DNA of 64,000 nt from IMG/VR virus record IMGVR_UViG_3300021956_000001; one strand, 5' to 3'. Positions 1 to 7,945 of this stretch are shown here, piece after piece (the first letter of the stretch is position 1; the number at the start of each line of letters is the position of its first letter). The notes under the pieces are model-generated. The model saw only the letters and a program-made list of their open reading frames with translations, ran no database searches and was not told the DNA's origin. The DNA is from a virus. The translations under genes were made by a program, and so were the position numbers.

Positions 1-2
1 CA

Positions 3-44
3 TTAGATAGTGAGAACGCATATTATGGACTTGTAGCATTTTAG
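3..44 (+). CDS. 3' end of an ORF truncated by the window edge
   Basis: Only frame open from the edge; ..LDSENAYYGLVAF then TAG 42-44, 2 nt before the next ATG. Confidence 0.25.
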   Translation, partial: LDSENAYYGLVAF

Positions 45-46
45 TT

Positions 47-307
47 ATGAAGTATATAGTTAGAACATTGGTCGGTGTATTATATATGCTGACCAAATAT
101 ATAATTCTTGCAATAGCAACTATTGTATTAGTTATATGGGACTTAAGCTTTGAGAATCTAGAAGAGCTTTGGCAAGATCATCGTACATATTATATCAAGA
201 CTATATTTTGTACAATAGAAGAATATAGATATGATACACTCATGGATTTTATTCTTAATAGAAAGAACTATCAATACGCAGATACAAATAACAGATATAC
301 CAAATAA
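47..307 (+). CDS. hypothetical small membrane protein (86 aa)
   Basis: ATG ORF co-oriented with neighbours; hydrophobic helix YIILAIATIVLVIW. Confidence 0.5.
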   Translation: MKYIVRTLVGVLYMLTKYIILAIATIVLVIWDLSFENLEELWQDHRTYYIKTIFCTIEEYRYDTLMDFILNRKNYQYADTNNRYTK

Positions 308-309
308 TC

Positions 310-528
310 ATGCAGAAAGAAATCAACAAGAAAATAACAATACTTATAGTAATATTTACACTAGCAGCATTAGTTGTTAGTGTAGGTTTACTACAATCAG
401 AGTATAAAACAACTAAATGGACACAACAAAAGCCTATATCATATCCAGAGGAAATATATATGGCTGAACCAGGTGATACATTAGTTGTAGAGAAAGTTAG
501 TGATAGTATTTACATTCAATTTAAATAA
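310..528 (+). CDS. hypothetical protein with N-terminal TM anchor (72 aa)
   Basis: Starts 2 nt after previous stop; ITILIVIFTLAALVVSVGLL. Confidence 0.55.
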   Translation: MQKEINKKITILIVIFTLAALVVSVGLLQSEYKTTKWTQQKPISYPEEIYMAEPGDTLVVEKVSDSIYIQFK

Positions 529-538
529 CAAATAAGAT

Positions 539-685
539 ATGGACCAATATGTTATACATTTAGATACTCATTTTTTATATTGGGATCTAAAAAGGCTTTA
601 TGATTTAATAAATAAATCTGACGACGATGATTTAAAAGACTATTTGCCTTACATACAACAGAAATTAGATGAAGCAGAAAATTAA
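539..685 (+). CDS. hypothetical acidic protein (48 aa, below ORF-track cutoff)
   Basis: Hand translation MDQYVIHLDTHFLYWDLKRLYDLINKSDDDDLKDYLPYIQQKLDEAEN; preceded by junction motif ACAAATAAGATATG; replaces antisense ORF 552..761. Confidence 0.4.
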   Translation: MDQYVIHLDTHFLYWDLKRLYDLINKSDDDDLKDYLPYIQQKLDEAEN

Positions 686-714
686 TATTTAAAAATAAAT
701 AATAATGAATAATA

Positions 715-912
715 ATGAATAATCTTATGAAAGAATCAATAATAACATTCGTGAGCTTCATGATATTGTTTTATCTAATAGGAGCATTTATAGCAGCATC
801 ATTTGACATTAGTCAATGGGATATACATCTTAGAGGAGCTATTGCTTTTTTTGGATTTTCAGTATCTATGCTTTTTGCAGCAACAATTCATGATGATAAA
901 CAGAACTACTAA
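715..912 (+). CDS. hypothetical membrane protein (65 aa, 2 TM)
   Basis: Two hydrophobic helices (FVSFMILFYLIGAFIAA, AIAFFGFSVSMLFAA). Confidence 0.5.
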   Translation: MNNLMKESIITFVSFMILFYLIGAFIAASFDISQWDIHLRGAIAFFGFSVSMLFAATIHDDKQNY

Positions 913-1079
913 TGACAATGGAAGTAGTAAGAAACAGGATGTCAGAGATTGATGTCCTGTATTCTAAGCTTGATGCAATTGAGCTTAGATATGGAGCCAA
1001 CATGATATCATATATGGACTATATGATTGAGAAAACAAAACTAGAAGAGAAACTTAATAAGCTATTTAATATAGCATAA
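912..1079 (+). CDS. hypothetical protein (55 aa, below cutoff)
   Basis: TAATG overlap with previous stop; hand translation MTMEVVRNRMSEIDVLYSKLDAIELRYG...KLFNIA. Confidence 0.4.
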   Translation: MTMEVVRNRMSEIDVLYSKLDAIELRYGANMISYMDYMIEKTKLEEKLNKLFNIA

Positions 1080-1090
1080 ACTTAAACATT

Positions 1091-1306
1091 ATGAGAAAAC
1101 CAATCCTTGTGTTAGTATTTTCTATAGCAACAGCTTTGCTATTAATAGGTCCATTTTTTCTTCCTGAGGAATGGATATACATTAAACACAACAAATCAAT
1201 AGTTCATCCAATAGCTGAAACATTGCTGTCAGTATCAATGATTATTCTTGGATTATTTGCAGGAAGTGGAATAGCATCATTCTTTGAAAAAATATTAAAC
1301 GATTAA
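1091..1306 (+). CDS. hypothetical membrane protein (71 aa)
   Basis: Two hydrophobic segments (ILVLVFSIATALLLIGPFF; LLSVSMIILGLFAGSGIASFF). Confidence 0.5.
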   Translation: MRKPILVLVFSIATALLLIGPFFLPEEWIYIKHNKSIVHPIAETLLSVSMIILGLFAGSGIASFFEKILND

Positions 1307-1318
1307 TATTAACTAAGC

Positions 1319-1549
1319 ATGGCAAATACAAGTACATTCTATGTTTCTTCTAAAGATAATAAGATTAGAGAAACAACAGAACCAAGTAGAGAGTATTTCG
1401 TTCCTGGTGGAAAGAAAGAAGGACAGGCAAAGTACATTATTGAAGTGTTTGGTAATAATAATAAAAATTTTGCTAAACAAGTAAGAGATATGTTAGATGA
1501 TTATTGTATGTCAGATGATATTTTCGAGATTAAAATAGAAACCCGTTAA
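1319..1549 (+). CDS. hypothetical protein (76 aa)
   Basis: ATG ORF, co-oriented, compact spacing. Confidence 0.55.
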   Translation: MANTSTFYVSSKDNKIRETTEPSREYFVPGGKKEGQAKYIIEVFGNNNKNFAKQVRDMLDDYCMSDDIFEIKIETR

Positions 1550-1560
1550 ATTAAATAAAC

Positions 1561-1821
1561 ATGGCAGAGCAAGAACAAGAACCAACTGTAGAACAGTTAA
1601 CAGAAAAGCTTGATACACTAATCAAGAAACAAAAATCTCTTGATGAACTAAGAAGTTCAATCATTAAATTGCAAGAAGATTTGATTGGTGAACTAAGAGA
1701 TGAATTAGAAATAGAGAAAAGAAGAGGACATCTATCATTCAAAGCAGGAACATTCTTTGGTCTTGTAGTTGGTACAGTGATATGTATTGTTGCTGATCTC
1801 ATAATAGCTGCAATACGATGA
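1561..1821 (+). CDS. coiled-coil protein with C-terminal TM anchor (86 aa)
   Basis: Charged heptad-like N-terminus, C-terminal FFGLVVGTVICIVADLIIAAI; antisense ORF 1551..1844 rejected. Confidence 0.55.
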   Translation: MAEQEQEPTVEQLTEKLDTLIKKQKSLDELRSSIIKLQEDLIGELRDELEIEKRRGHLSFKAGTFFGLVVGTVICIVADLIIAAIR

Positions 1822-1988
1822 TTCTTTATTGTATAGTAAGCCAATTAATCATGCTAGGCATGATATTGGAAAATAATAGTCAAGACAATGAATCTTTTTC
1901 ATTAAGACAACTTGTAGGACTATTTATTGCTCCAGTGATATTACCAATCATTGTTGGTATAACATTAGCAGAAAAACAAAAGAAATAA
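1818..1988 (+). CDS. hypothetical small membrane protein (56 aa, below cutoff)
   Basis: ATGA overlap with previous stop; hand translation MILYCIVSQLIMLGMILENNSQ...GLFIAPVILPIIVGITLAEKQKK. Confidence 0.35.
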   Translation: MILYCIVSQLIMLGMILENNSQDNESFSLRQLVGLFIAPVILPIIVGITLAEKQKK

Positions 1989-2011
1989 TAACCAATTAAA
2001 TCCTTAATAAC

Positions 2012-2509
2012 ATGAGTACAATCAAATTTGATCACAGTAAAAATCATTTCCATGAAGCATTAGGAATGGATAACGATGATCACCAATTATTAGTTAAATC
2101 ATTAGCAGATATGTCAACATATTTACTTAAGAAAGAACCAACTAAAAGTGAAATGGCTGAACTATTAGCTAACACATTGAGTTACAGAGAGTTGTTATAT
2201 TTAGCAACAGAAGGTCTTGAAATGAAAACTAAAGATGCATTAGATGTATACGGTGATTTTCAAAAGATGGTAGATGAAAGAGGTCTTGAAAGAGATAGTG
2301 ATGAATTTACAGAAGCAATGCATGAAGCTGTAAAGAAAAGTAAATCTGCCTCACCATTTTCATCATCATCTATCAAATCAATTGCCATTGATCCAACAGA
2401 TATAGATGGATCTTTAGACAAATATGATCTTCCAGATGAAATTAAATCTGAGTTAAAGAAACGCATCTTGCAAGAGATGAAAGATAGACTTAGTGACCAA
2501 GAAGATTAA
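2012..2509 (+). CDS. hypothetical protein, paralogue of 2706..2966
   Basis: N-terminus FDHSKNHFHEALGMDNDD resembles FNYNHDSKNLDEALGLEQD of 2706..2966; preceded by AATCCTTAATAAC motif. Confidence 0.6.
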   Translation: MSTIKFDHSKNHFHEALGMDNDDHQLLVKSLADMSTYLLKKEPTKSEMAELLANTLSYRELLYLATEGLEMKTKDALDVYGDFQKMVDERGLERDSDEFTEAMHEAVKKSKSASPFSSSSIKSIAIDPTDIDGSLDKYDLPDEIKSELKKRILQEMKDRLSDQED

Positions 2510-2511
2510 TT

Positions 2512-2688
2512 ATGAAGACTATATCTAAACCTAGAAGGAGAATACTCAAAGGGACATTAGTAGCATCTACTAATGTTCACAAGAGTATTATCTCTAAGAG
2601 GCTGATAGTCAAAGTGATATATTCAGCTTTAAATTATAAAGTGTTATCTCAACAAGTGGGTGAGGTAAGAACATCGTATGAACAATAA
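2512..2688 (+). CDS. hypothetical basic protein (58 aa, below cutoff)
   Basis: Hand translation MKTISKPRRRILKGTLVASTNVHKSIISKRL...; starts 2 nt after previous stop. Confidence 0.3.
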   Translation: MKTISKPRRRILKGTLVASTNVHKSIISKRLIVKVIYSALNYKVLSQQVGEVRTSYEQ

Positions 2689-2705
2689 TCCTTAATACAA
2701 AAATT

Positions 2706-2966
2706 ATGAATCCAGATTTCAATTACAATCATGACAGTAAAAACTTAGATGAAGCTCTAGGTTTAGAACAAGACTTTTCAGAAAAGTTGACTAAGAAGAT
2801 AGTGTTGATCACTAGTACACTAGCTGAAAAAGAAACTTTATCAATTAGTACAATTGTTGAAGATATGGTAGCTATTTGTTCAGATGAACAAATTGCATTA
2901 TTAGCAGGATTTTACATCAAGGGACAATTTGATGGCTTTATGAAACACATTGAAAGCGAGGAATAA
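2706..2966 (+). CDS. hypothetical protein, paralogue of 2012..2509
   Basis: Shared N-terminal motif; preceded by AATCCTTAATAC motif. Confidence 0.55.
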   Translation: MNPDFNYNHDSKNLDEALGLEQDFSEKLTKKIVLITSTLAEKETLSISTIVEDMVAICSDEQIALLAGFYIKGQFDGFMKHIESEE

Positions 2967-3169
2967 TGAAACTAATACAAGAACTATTTAAGTTTCTTGA
3001 TATAGACCAGCATGATGAAGAGATAAACAGAGCATTTACTATGTTTATTAAGGTGCTTGTAGTGATTATAATGCTAGTAGCAATACTAGCATTTTCACTA
3101 CTTGTGTACAACATCATTGTACATGGTATATCAAAGAATGCAACATTTGGTCTAATTGATTATGTATAG
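2966..3169 (+). CDS. hypothetical TM protein (67 aa)
   Basis: TAATG overlap; helix VLVVIIMLVAILAFSLLVYNIIV. Confidence 0.5.
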   Translation: MKLIQELFKFLDIDQHDEEINRAFTMFIKVLVVIIMLVAILAFSLLVYNIIVHGISKNATFGLIDYV

Positions 3170-3171
3170 AC

Positions 3172-3465
3172 ATGGAAAAGAAACTATTACCTATAGGAAC
3201 TAAAGTTTATATCAGAGATGATTCAGAATATTATGAACAAGGTGTAAGTGGTGGTAAAAAAATTATTGGTGAAGTAACATGTCATTTAAGTTCTAAATAC
3301 ACATATGACGATTCTTATGTATATGAAGTAACTTGGAGCCAATATGACAATAATACATATAAACCTATTGATATTGAACCAGTAGAACCTATAGAAAGAG
3401 AAAAAAGCGAAGAAGAAATTAACAACGAATTAAAACAATTATTTAATAAAATCCTTAATAACTAG
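3172..3465 (+). CDS. hypothetical protein (97 aa)
   Basis: ATG ORF, compact spacing. Confidence 0.55.
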   Translation: MEKKLLPIGTKVYIRDDSEYYEQGVSGGKKIIGEVTCHLSSKYTYDDSYVYEVTWSQYDNNTYKPIDIEPVEPIEREKSEEEINNELKQLFNKILNN

Positions 3466-3469
3466 AAAA

Positions 3470-4489
3470 ATGAACACAGAAAGAACAACAACAATCGGAG
3501 AGAAATTTGTATTTATGGATAAGACTATGTCTATCCTTAATGTAGGTATGGCTACAAACAAGAATGTAGTGTTATATGGTCCAGGTGGACATGGTAAATC
3601 AGAAATCACATTAGATTTCTTGAAAGAGAAGGGAATTGATCCATATATCATCACTATGGGTACAGGTATGACAACAGACAGATTGTTTGGTGGTCTTAAC
3701 ATACCAACATTTGAAGCATCAGGTAAGATTGAATACTTGGTTGAGAATAGTTTCATGAACCATGAGTATGTTATCTTCGAGGAGATGTTTGATGCACCAG
3801 ATTTTATCTTGGAGCAATTGAAAGATATCATCTCAAGTGGTGTATTCAGAAATGGTACACAGAAGTTTCCTATCAAAACTAAGTTCATTGTATGTTGTAC
3901 AAATAGAACTCGTGAGGAATTCTCTAAGAATATGTCATTGAAAGCATTAATGGAGCGTTTTCCTCTTGAACTTAATGTTGTATGGGATAATTATACAGAG
4001 ATTGCTTACAACAAGTTGTTAGAAACTAAGTTTGGTGAAGGTAACATTGATCCAATCATTCCATTCTTGTTACAAGAGTATGCTAAGAATGGTATTGTTA
4101 TTTCACCTCGTGTAGCTGTAACAGCTTACCAAGTGTTTGAGCAATGTGGACCAGATTCATTAACATTTATTGCTGAGTTTGCTAAGAAACCATCATTAAT
4201 TGCTGATGCTATCAAGAAATTTGAATCAACCATCAAGTTTAGAGAGATGTCTGCAGAGATTTCTGAATTGATTGATCTATTGGAAGCTAATAGTATGTCA
4301 ACTAGTGATGCTACAAAACAGTTCAAGAAAGATCTTACAGAGCTTCAAAACAAATTAGCAGCTGTTAAGAAATTAACTGTTAATGATGATATTGCACACA
4401 TGCTTGCATCATTGACTAAAGCTGTTGGTGAGAAAGTGAAAGCTTTTGATAAGAAACAACAAGTAGCACAAATAGTAGTAGAACTATAA
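3470..4489 (+). CDS. AAA+ ATPase, MoxR/CobS-like
   Basis: Walker A LYGPGGHGKSE, Walker B-like YVIFEEMFDAP; ~340 aa; followed after 2 nt by a vWA protein as in CobS-CobT / MoxR-vWA pairs. Confidence 0.8.
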   Translation: MNTERTTTIGEKFVFMDKTMSILNVGMATNKNVVLYGPGGHGKSEITLDFLKEKGIDPYIITMGTGMTTDRLFGGLNIPTFEASGKIEYLVENSFMNHEYVIFEEMFDAPDFILEQLKDIISSGVFRNGTQKFPIKTKFIVCCTNRTREEFSKNMSLKALMERFPLELNVVWDNYTEIAYNKLLETKFGEGNIDPIIPFLLQEYAKNGIVISPRVAVTAYQVFEQCGPDSLTFIAEFAKKPSLIADAIKKFESTIKFREMSAEISELIDLLEANSMSTSDATKQFKKDLTELQNKLAAVKKLTVNDDIAHMLASLTKAVGEKVKAFDKKQQVAQIVVEL

Positions 4490-4491
4490 TT

Positions 4492-5862
4492 ATGTGGGAA
4501 GATGAATTTGATTATGGATATGGGTCTTCAAAGGCCCATAATCCATATAGCTACACATATGGTGGTGGCTACAAAAGTAAAGGCAGAACTAGTTGGTCTA
4601 GAACTAGTTGGTCAGGTTTTTCATTTGCAACAGCATTTGAAGATGATGATGCTGATTTGATGGTGAAAGACCCTGTGTCTTATATTACACCAACAAAGGT
4701 TGAGATCAAAAGAAAAGCAAGTGTTTGGAAAGATGAGGCTATTGATACTATCAAAGAGTTAGCACGTGTGTGTTATTTCAAAATGTTAGATGAGAAAGAC
4801 TATCTAAGAGAAGATCTTGCAGACTGGGAAAATATAGATGATGAATTGAAAGGACAATATAGTCAAAAGAAAGAACTATATGATAGCATTTATGATCAAT
4901 TTATTCCAGGATTTACACCATTAGAGCAAGCAATTGCTATATTTCTTCAATTACAAAGTAGTAATGCTGAAAGAGATGGAGGTGAGAAGTCAGATGAACT
5001 AGATATGCAGAAGACATTAGGATTTGATAGAGAATTATATTCTGATCCAACAATCAACGAACAACTAAACTATAATGAGTTAAGTAAAGAGAGAAAGATG
5101 GAGATCATGAATAAGATTTCTATCATTGGTGATCTTGGTACTCAGTTTAAAGTGGAGAAAGAAGTTGAGGAGAAGATTGTAGCAAACTCTGATCAGTATG
5201 CTAAGAAGATTATGAGAGACTATTCACAGTTTCACATGATTGATCTATATCAAAAGATGTTTCCTAACTTTAGAAGTAAGTTCTTAACTAAAGACTTAAC
5301 AGTTAATGTTCCTGTTGATAGAAAAGAACAAAAGCAGAAGATTATTATTCTTTTGGATTACTCTGGATCTATGGATTATGATGAGAAACAAATCTGGGTT
5401 AATGCTATTCTTATAGATAGATTCAGATATGTTATGAAAGGAGAAGCTGAAGTGTTCTTTAGTTATTTTGTTGAACACACAGGAGAACTTCAATTTCATC
5501 ATGTTACTAATAGAGAGGAAGTTATTCAATTCTGGCAAATGTTCTCTAATGAACCTGATGGTGGTACAACAGCAATTGGTGACATTGTAAACTATGTAGC
5601 TGATCAAGTTGTTAATCATCATAAGTTACACAATCTTGATATTGATTTGTCAGAAGAGAAACCAGAAATCTTAATCATCAATGATGGTCAAGATAGAGTG
5701 CATTCAGAGAAGTTCCCTTATAAAGTGAATGCTATATCATTAATGCAATTTAGCGATCAATTAAAAAATCTTTGTGTTGCAACAGATGGTAAGCAAGTGA
5801 AGGTGGAAGAAAATGATGTTGTTACAGCATATTCTAAACAAGGAGAACAAATCATCTCTTAA
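4492..5862 (+). CDS. von Willebrand factor A (vWA) domain protein, CobT-like partner of the AAA+ ATPase
   Basis: C-terminal MIDAS DxSxS (IILLDYSGSMDYD), GGTTAIGD, IINDGQD; low-complexity/acidic N-terminal half. Confidence 0.75.
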   Translation: MWEDEFDYGYGSSKAHNPYSYTYGGGYKSKGRTSWSRTSWSGFSFATAFEDDDADLMVKDPVSYITPTKVEIKRKASVWKDEAIDTIKELARVCYFKMLDEKDYLREDLADWENIDDELKGQYSQKKELYDSIYDQFIPGFTPLEQAIAIFLQLQSSNAERDGGEKSDELDMQKTLGFDRELYSDPTINEQLNYNELSKERKMEIMNKISIIGDLGTQFKVEKEVEEKIVANSDQYAKKIMRDYSQFHMIDLYQKMFPNFRSKFLTKDLTVNVPVDRKEQKQKIIILLDYSGSMDYDEKQIWVNAILIDRFRYVMKGEAEVFFSYFVEHTGELQFHHVTNREEVIQFWQMFSNEPDGGTTAIGDIVNYVADQVVNHHKLHNLDIDLSEEKPEILIINDGQDRVHSEKFPYKVNAISLMQFSDQLKNLCVATDGKQVKVEENDVVTAYSKQGEQIIS

Positions 5863-5877
5863 TAATTTTGTTAATTA

Positions 5878-5904
5878 AGCCCTGTAATGTATATTTGCAG
5901 GGCT
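5878..5904 (+). terminator. hairpin after the vWA gene
   Basis: AGCCCTG (5878-84) pairs with CAGGGCT (5898-5904); no long T-run. Confidence 0.4.
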
Positions 5905-5919
5905 ATTAAACTAAAGCTT

Positions 5920-6000
5920 ATGAAGAAGAAAACAGCAGGTGTTGTATTACTATTTACGTTCTTTTTATTATTAATGATAACAAAGGTAACAAACCCATGA
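5920..6000 (+). CDS. micro-ORF, 26-aa hydrophobic peptide
   Basis: Hand translation MKKKTAGVVLLFTFFLLLMITKVTNP; ATGA-coupled to the next ORF. Confidence 0.3.
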   Translation: MKKKTAGVVLLFTFFLLLMITKVTNP

Positions 6001-6116
6001 TAGATACATATAATGAACCACCAGAAGAGTTCGAAAGAGAATGTGCTTTTTGTGGAGAGCCTACAAACAAAGAATTTTGTAGTAAGGAATGTAAGAAAGC
6101 TAATGATAATGATTAA
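5997..6116 (+). CDS. 39-aa Cys4 zinc-ribbon protein
   Basis: Hand translation MIDTYNEPPEEFERECAFCGEPTNKEFCSKECKKANDND (CxxC-x8-CxxxC); replaces antisense ORF 5871..6137. Confidence 0.4.
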   Translation: MIDTYNEPPEEFERECAFCGEPTNKEFCSKECKKANDND

Positions 6117-6661
6117 AAACCACACATAGAAAGACAAACAAGTAAGTTAAAAATATTTGTGAGTGCAAATTATGAAAACTCTCACTTATAACACTATCAA
6201 GAGGTGTTATGTTTGTTGAGTATGATAATAGTTAAAGCGTACACCTGACTTTTTGCGTTAGCTCTACTTTAATGATTTATCCCAATCTTGATGGATGTGT
6301 GGTTTTATAATAAAATAGCTAAGCTGTGTAAAGTGTCAGAACTGATAATCTGTTAGAAGCTATAGGTTAAACATTGAATACCTTTGTAATAACTAAAGAA
6401 CGATAATCGTGAAACCAAGTAAGGGTAGAGGTGTTCATATAAGTTTTACATAAAGATACTATCAGTAATGGTAGATGTGTTGTTCCCTTGAGAAAGGAAT
6501 TGGAGAAATGTGGCAATGGGTTTCCAACTCCCACACAACACAAATGAGTTCTCAGCTTGACCCTACTCTTATATGGGCGTAAATATAAAGAAACAGTCAT
6601 ATAAGAAAGAGGGTGCTAGATTTAAAAAAGTAATGATAAGTGTCCTCACATGAGGAATATT

Positions 6662-6984
6662 GGGGGCGACTGGTTTTGACAGGTTACCACTAATTAATAC
6701 AATCAGCCAGAGAGATAACTGTAAACTAAGGTGAATTTAATTAATTGGCAACAAAACAACTCGTGTAGTAGCTCTAGGAGCAAACGCACAAATCGAAGCT
6801 AACATGAACAAAGTATTCTCTCTATTGGGAGAAGAAGTTGCTGTAGCAGCCTAAATTGAATAAGGATTTCTCTGTTAGATTAAACAGAGTGGTGGATCGT
6901 TAAGCCTAGCTTGACCCTAAATAAGCTGTATAAATTGTATTAATGAAAGTAGTTTGGACGTGGGTTCGATTCCCACCGCCTCCA
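6662..6984 (+). ncRNA. ssrA: tmRNA (SsrA), full length, phage-encoded
   Basis: 5' GGGGGCGACTGGTTTTGACAGG and 3' GGACGTGGGTTCGATTCCCACCGCCTCCA match tmRNA ends; 7-bp acceptor (6662-68 / 6977-83) with G3:U70; T-arm GTGGG/CCCAC; internal tag frame 6747-6851 ending ..EEVAVAA then TAA 6852-54. Confidence 0.85.
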
Positions 6985-7138
6985 CTAGAACTTGGAATTG
7001 TAGATACATTGATTCCTTACAAACCTTGTAATGTTGGCCGTTATTATGAAGTGCTAATCTGCAATTCTGTTACATTACGTGTACATTTATTAAATAGCGA
7101 ATAATAACATAGGTGACTAATAGGAAAGACTATTAAAT

Positions 7139-7327
7139 GATTGAGTGGCGGAATAGTTAGGAATATTAAAGGTCCTTTCATGGTAGACGCTTTATGTATT
7201 TGTGATATAAAAAAATTGCTATGGTCAGAGTCTTGGCAAAGTTACCGCATAGATGGTGTACATAACACCTAAACAATACATAAGATGGTGTACAACAATA
7301 CAGGTTCGAATCCTGTCTCAATCACAG
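7139..7327 (+). other. tRNA-like element (tRNA-Leu-like D-arm and canonical T-arm/acceptor, about 110 nt too long)
   Basis: GATTGAG (7139-45) is the exact complement of CTCAATC (7320-26). T-arm ACAGG-TTCGAAT-CCTGT. 5' part TGGCGGAAT...GGTAGACGC resembles class II tRNA-Leu D-arm with an insertion. No clean cloverleaf could be folded by eye. Confidence 0.3.
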
Positions 7328-7458
7328 CAGTTGCTTGATGTCAAATATGTACAGCAACAGACATTGGAGAAATTTGGCTTCTCATGAATGTTAAGTCCTA
7401 TCCACACAGAGAAGGAGTTGAGTACTTACGGAGGAAGTAGAGTCCAATCTCAACAACA

Positions 7459-7486
7459 AGGCTATCAGAAATGGTAGCCTTTTTTA
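7459..7486 (+). terminator. rho-independent terminator closing the RNA island
   Basis: AGGCTA (7459-64) / TAGCCT (7475-80) followed by TTTTTTATTTT. Confidence 0.65.
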
Positions 7487-7517
7487 TTTTATATTAATCC
7501 TTAATAACTATAAAAAC

Positions 7518-7664
7518 ATGAAAACAATTAAAATGAAACCAACTGAGTTTTATCAGTTCAGACAATTAGCATTTGCAATGAGTGTTGCATTTGTATGTAC
7601 AATAGCACATGGTGTGTATATTGTAGAGGCCAATATAAATCAACTTGAGAAGTTGGGTTATTAA
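7518..7664 (+). CDS. hypothetical protein (48 aa, below cutoff)
   Basis: Hand translation MKTIKMKPTEFYQFRQLAFAMSVAFVCTIAHGVYIVEANINQLEKLGY; preceded by AATCCTTAATAAC motif; replaces antisense ORF 7558..7764. Confidence 0.4.
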   Translation: MKTIKMKPTEFYQFRQLAFAMSVAFVCTIAHGVYIVEANINQLEKLGY

Positions 7665-7677
7665 GGAGGGGAATGAT

Positions 7678-7707
7678 GGGCTCTGTAACAGGAGCCCTTA
7701 TTCTTTT
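7678..7707 (+). terminator. hairpin plus T-rich tail
   Basis: GGGCTC (7678-83) / GAGCCC (7692-97) then TTATTCTTTT. Confidence 0.45.
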
Positions 7708-7729
7708 AATCAATAAATAAATTATTATT

Positions 7730-7942
7730 ATGTCAGTCATTAAACGAAAAATAACACAAAACATGATGCTTGATCATAATGGTGAGCAATATGATTTAGG
7801 AAAATTAGTTACAACAACATTAGGTTATTGTACAGCAAGTAAAAAACGTATCCCATCATTCAAGTGTATAAAAACAGGAAAAACATTTACAGATGTAAAT
7901 AAGTTATCACGACATTTAGCAATATTACTAAAAAACAAATAA
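7730..7942 (+). CDS. hypothetical protein (70 aa)
   Basis: ATG ORF; ends ..LLKNK* inside the AAAAACAAATAAGATATG junction motif. Confidence 0.5.
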   Translation: MSVIKRKITQNMMLDHNGEQYDLGKLVTTTLGYCTASKKRIPSFKCIKTGKTFTDVNKLSRHLAILLKNK

Positions 7943-7945
7943 GAT

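Noticed and set aside
3439-5622. Minus-strand ORFs 3439..3888, 4126..4326 and 5296..5622
   Set aside because: They are fully antisense to the motif-supported AAA+ and vWA genes.
5871-6137. 88-aa minus-strand ORF after the vWA gene
   Set aside because: The plus strand carries a terminator hairpin and two coupled small ORFs (5920..6000, 5997..6116) consistent with local gene orientation.
6367-6600. 77-aa minus-strand ORF inside the RNA island
   Set aside because: It has the wrong orientation for the region, an unprotein-like composition and no promoter or start context. The region is better explained as structured RNA.
6662-6984. tmRNA-derived attP fragment of an integrative phage
   Set aside because: The element has an intact 5' acceptor strand, tag frame and 3' end, whereas attP sites carry only the 3' portion of ssrA. 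No integrase is present in the window.
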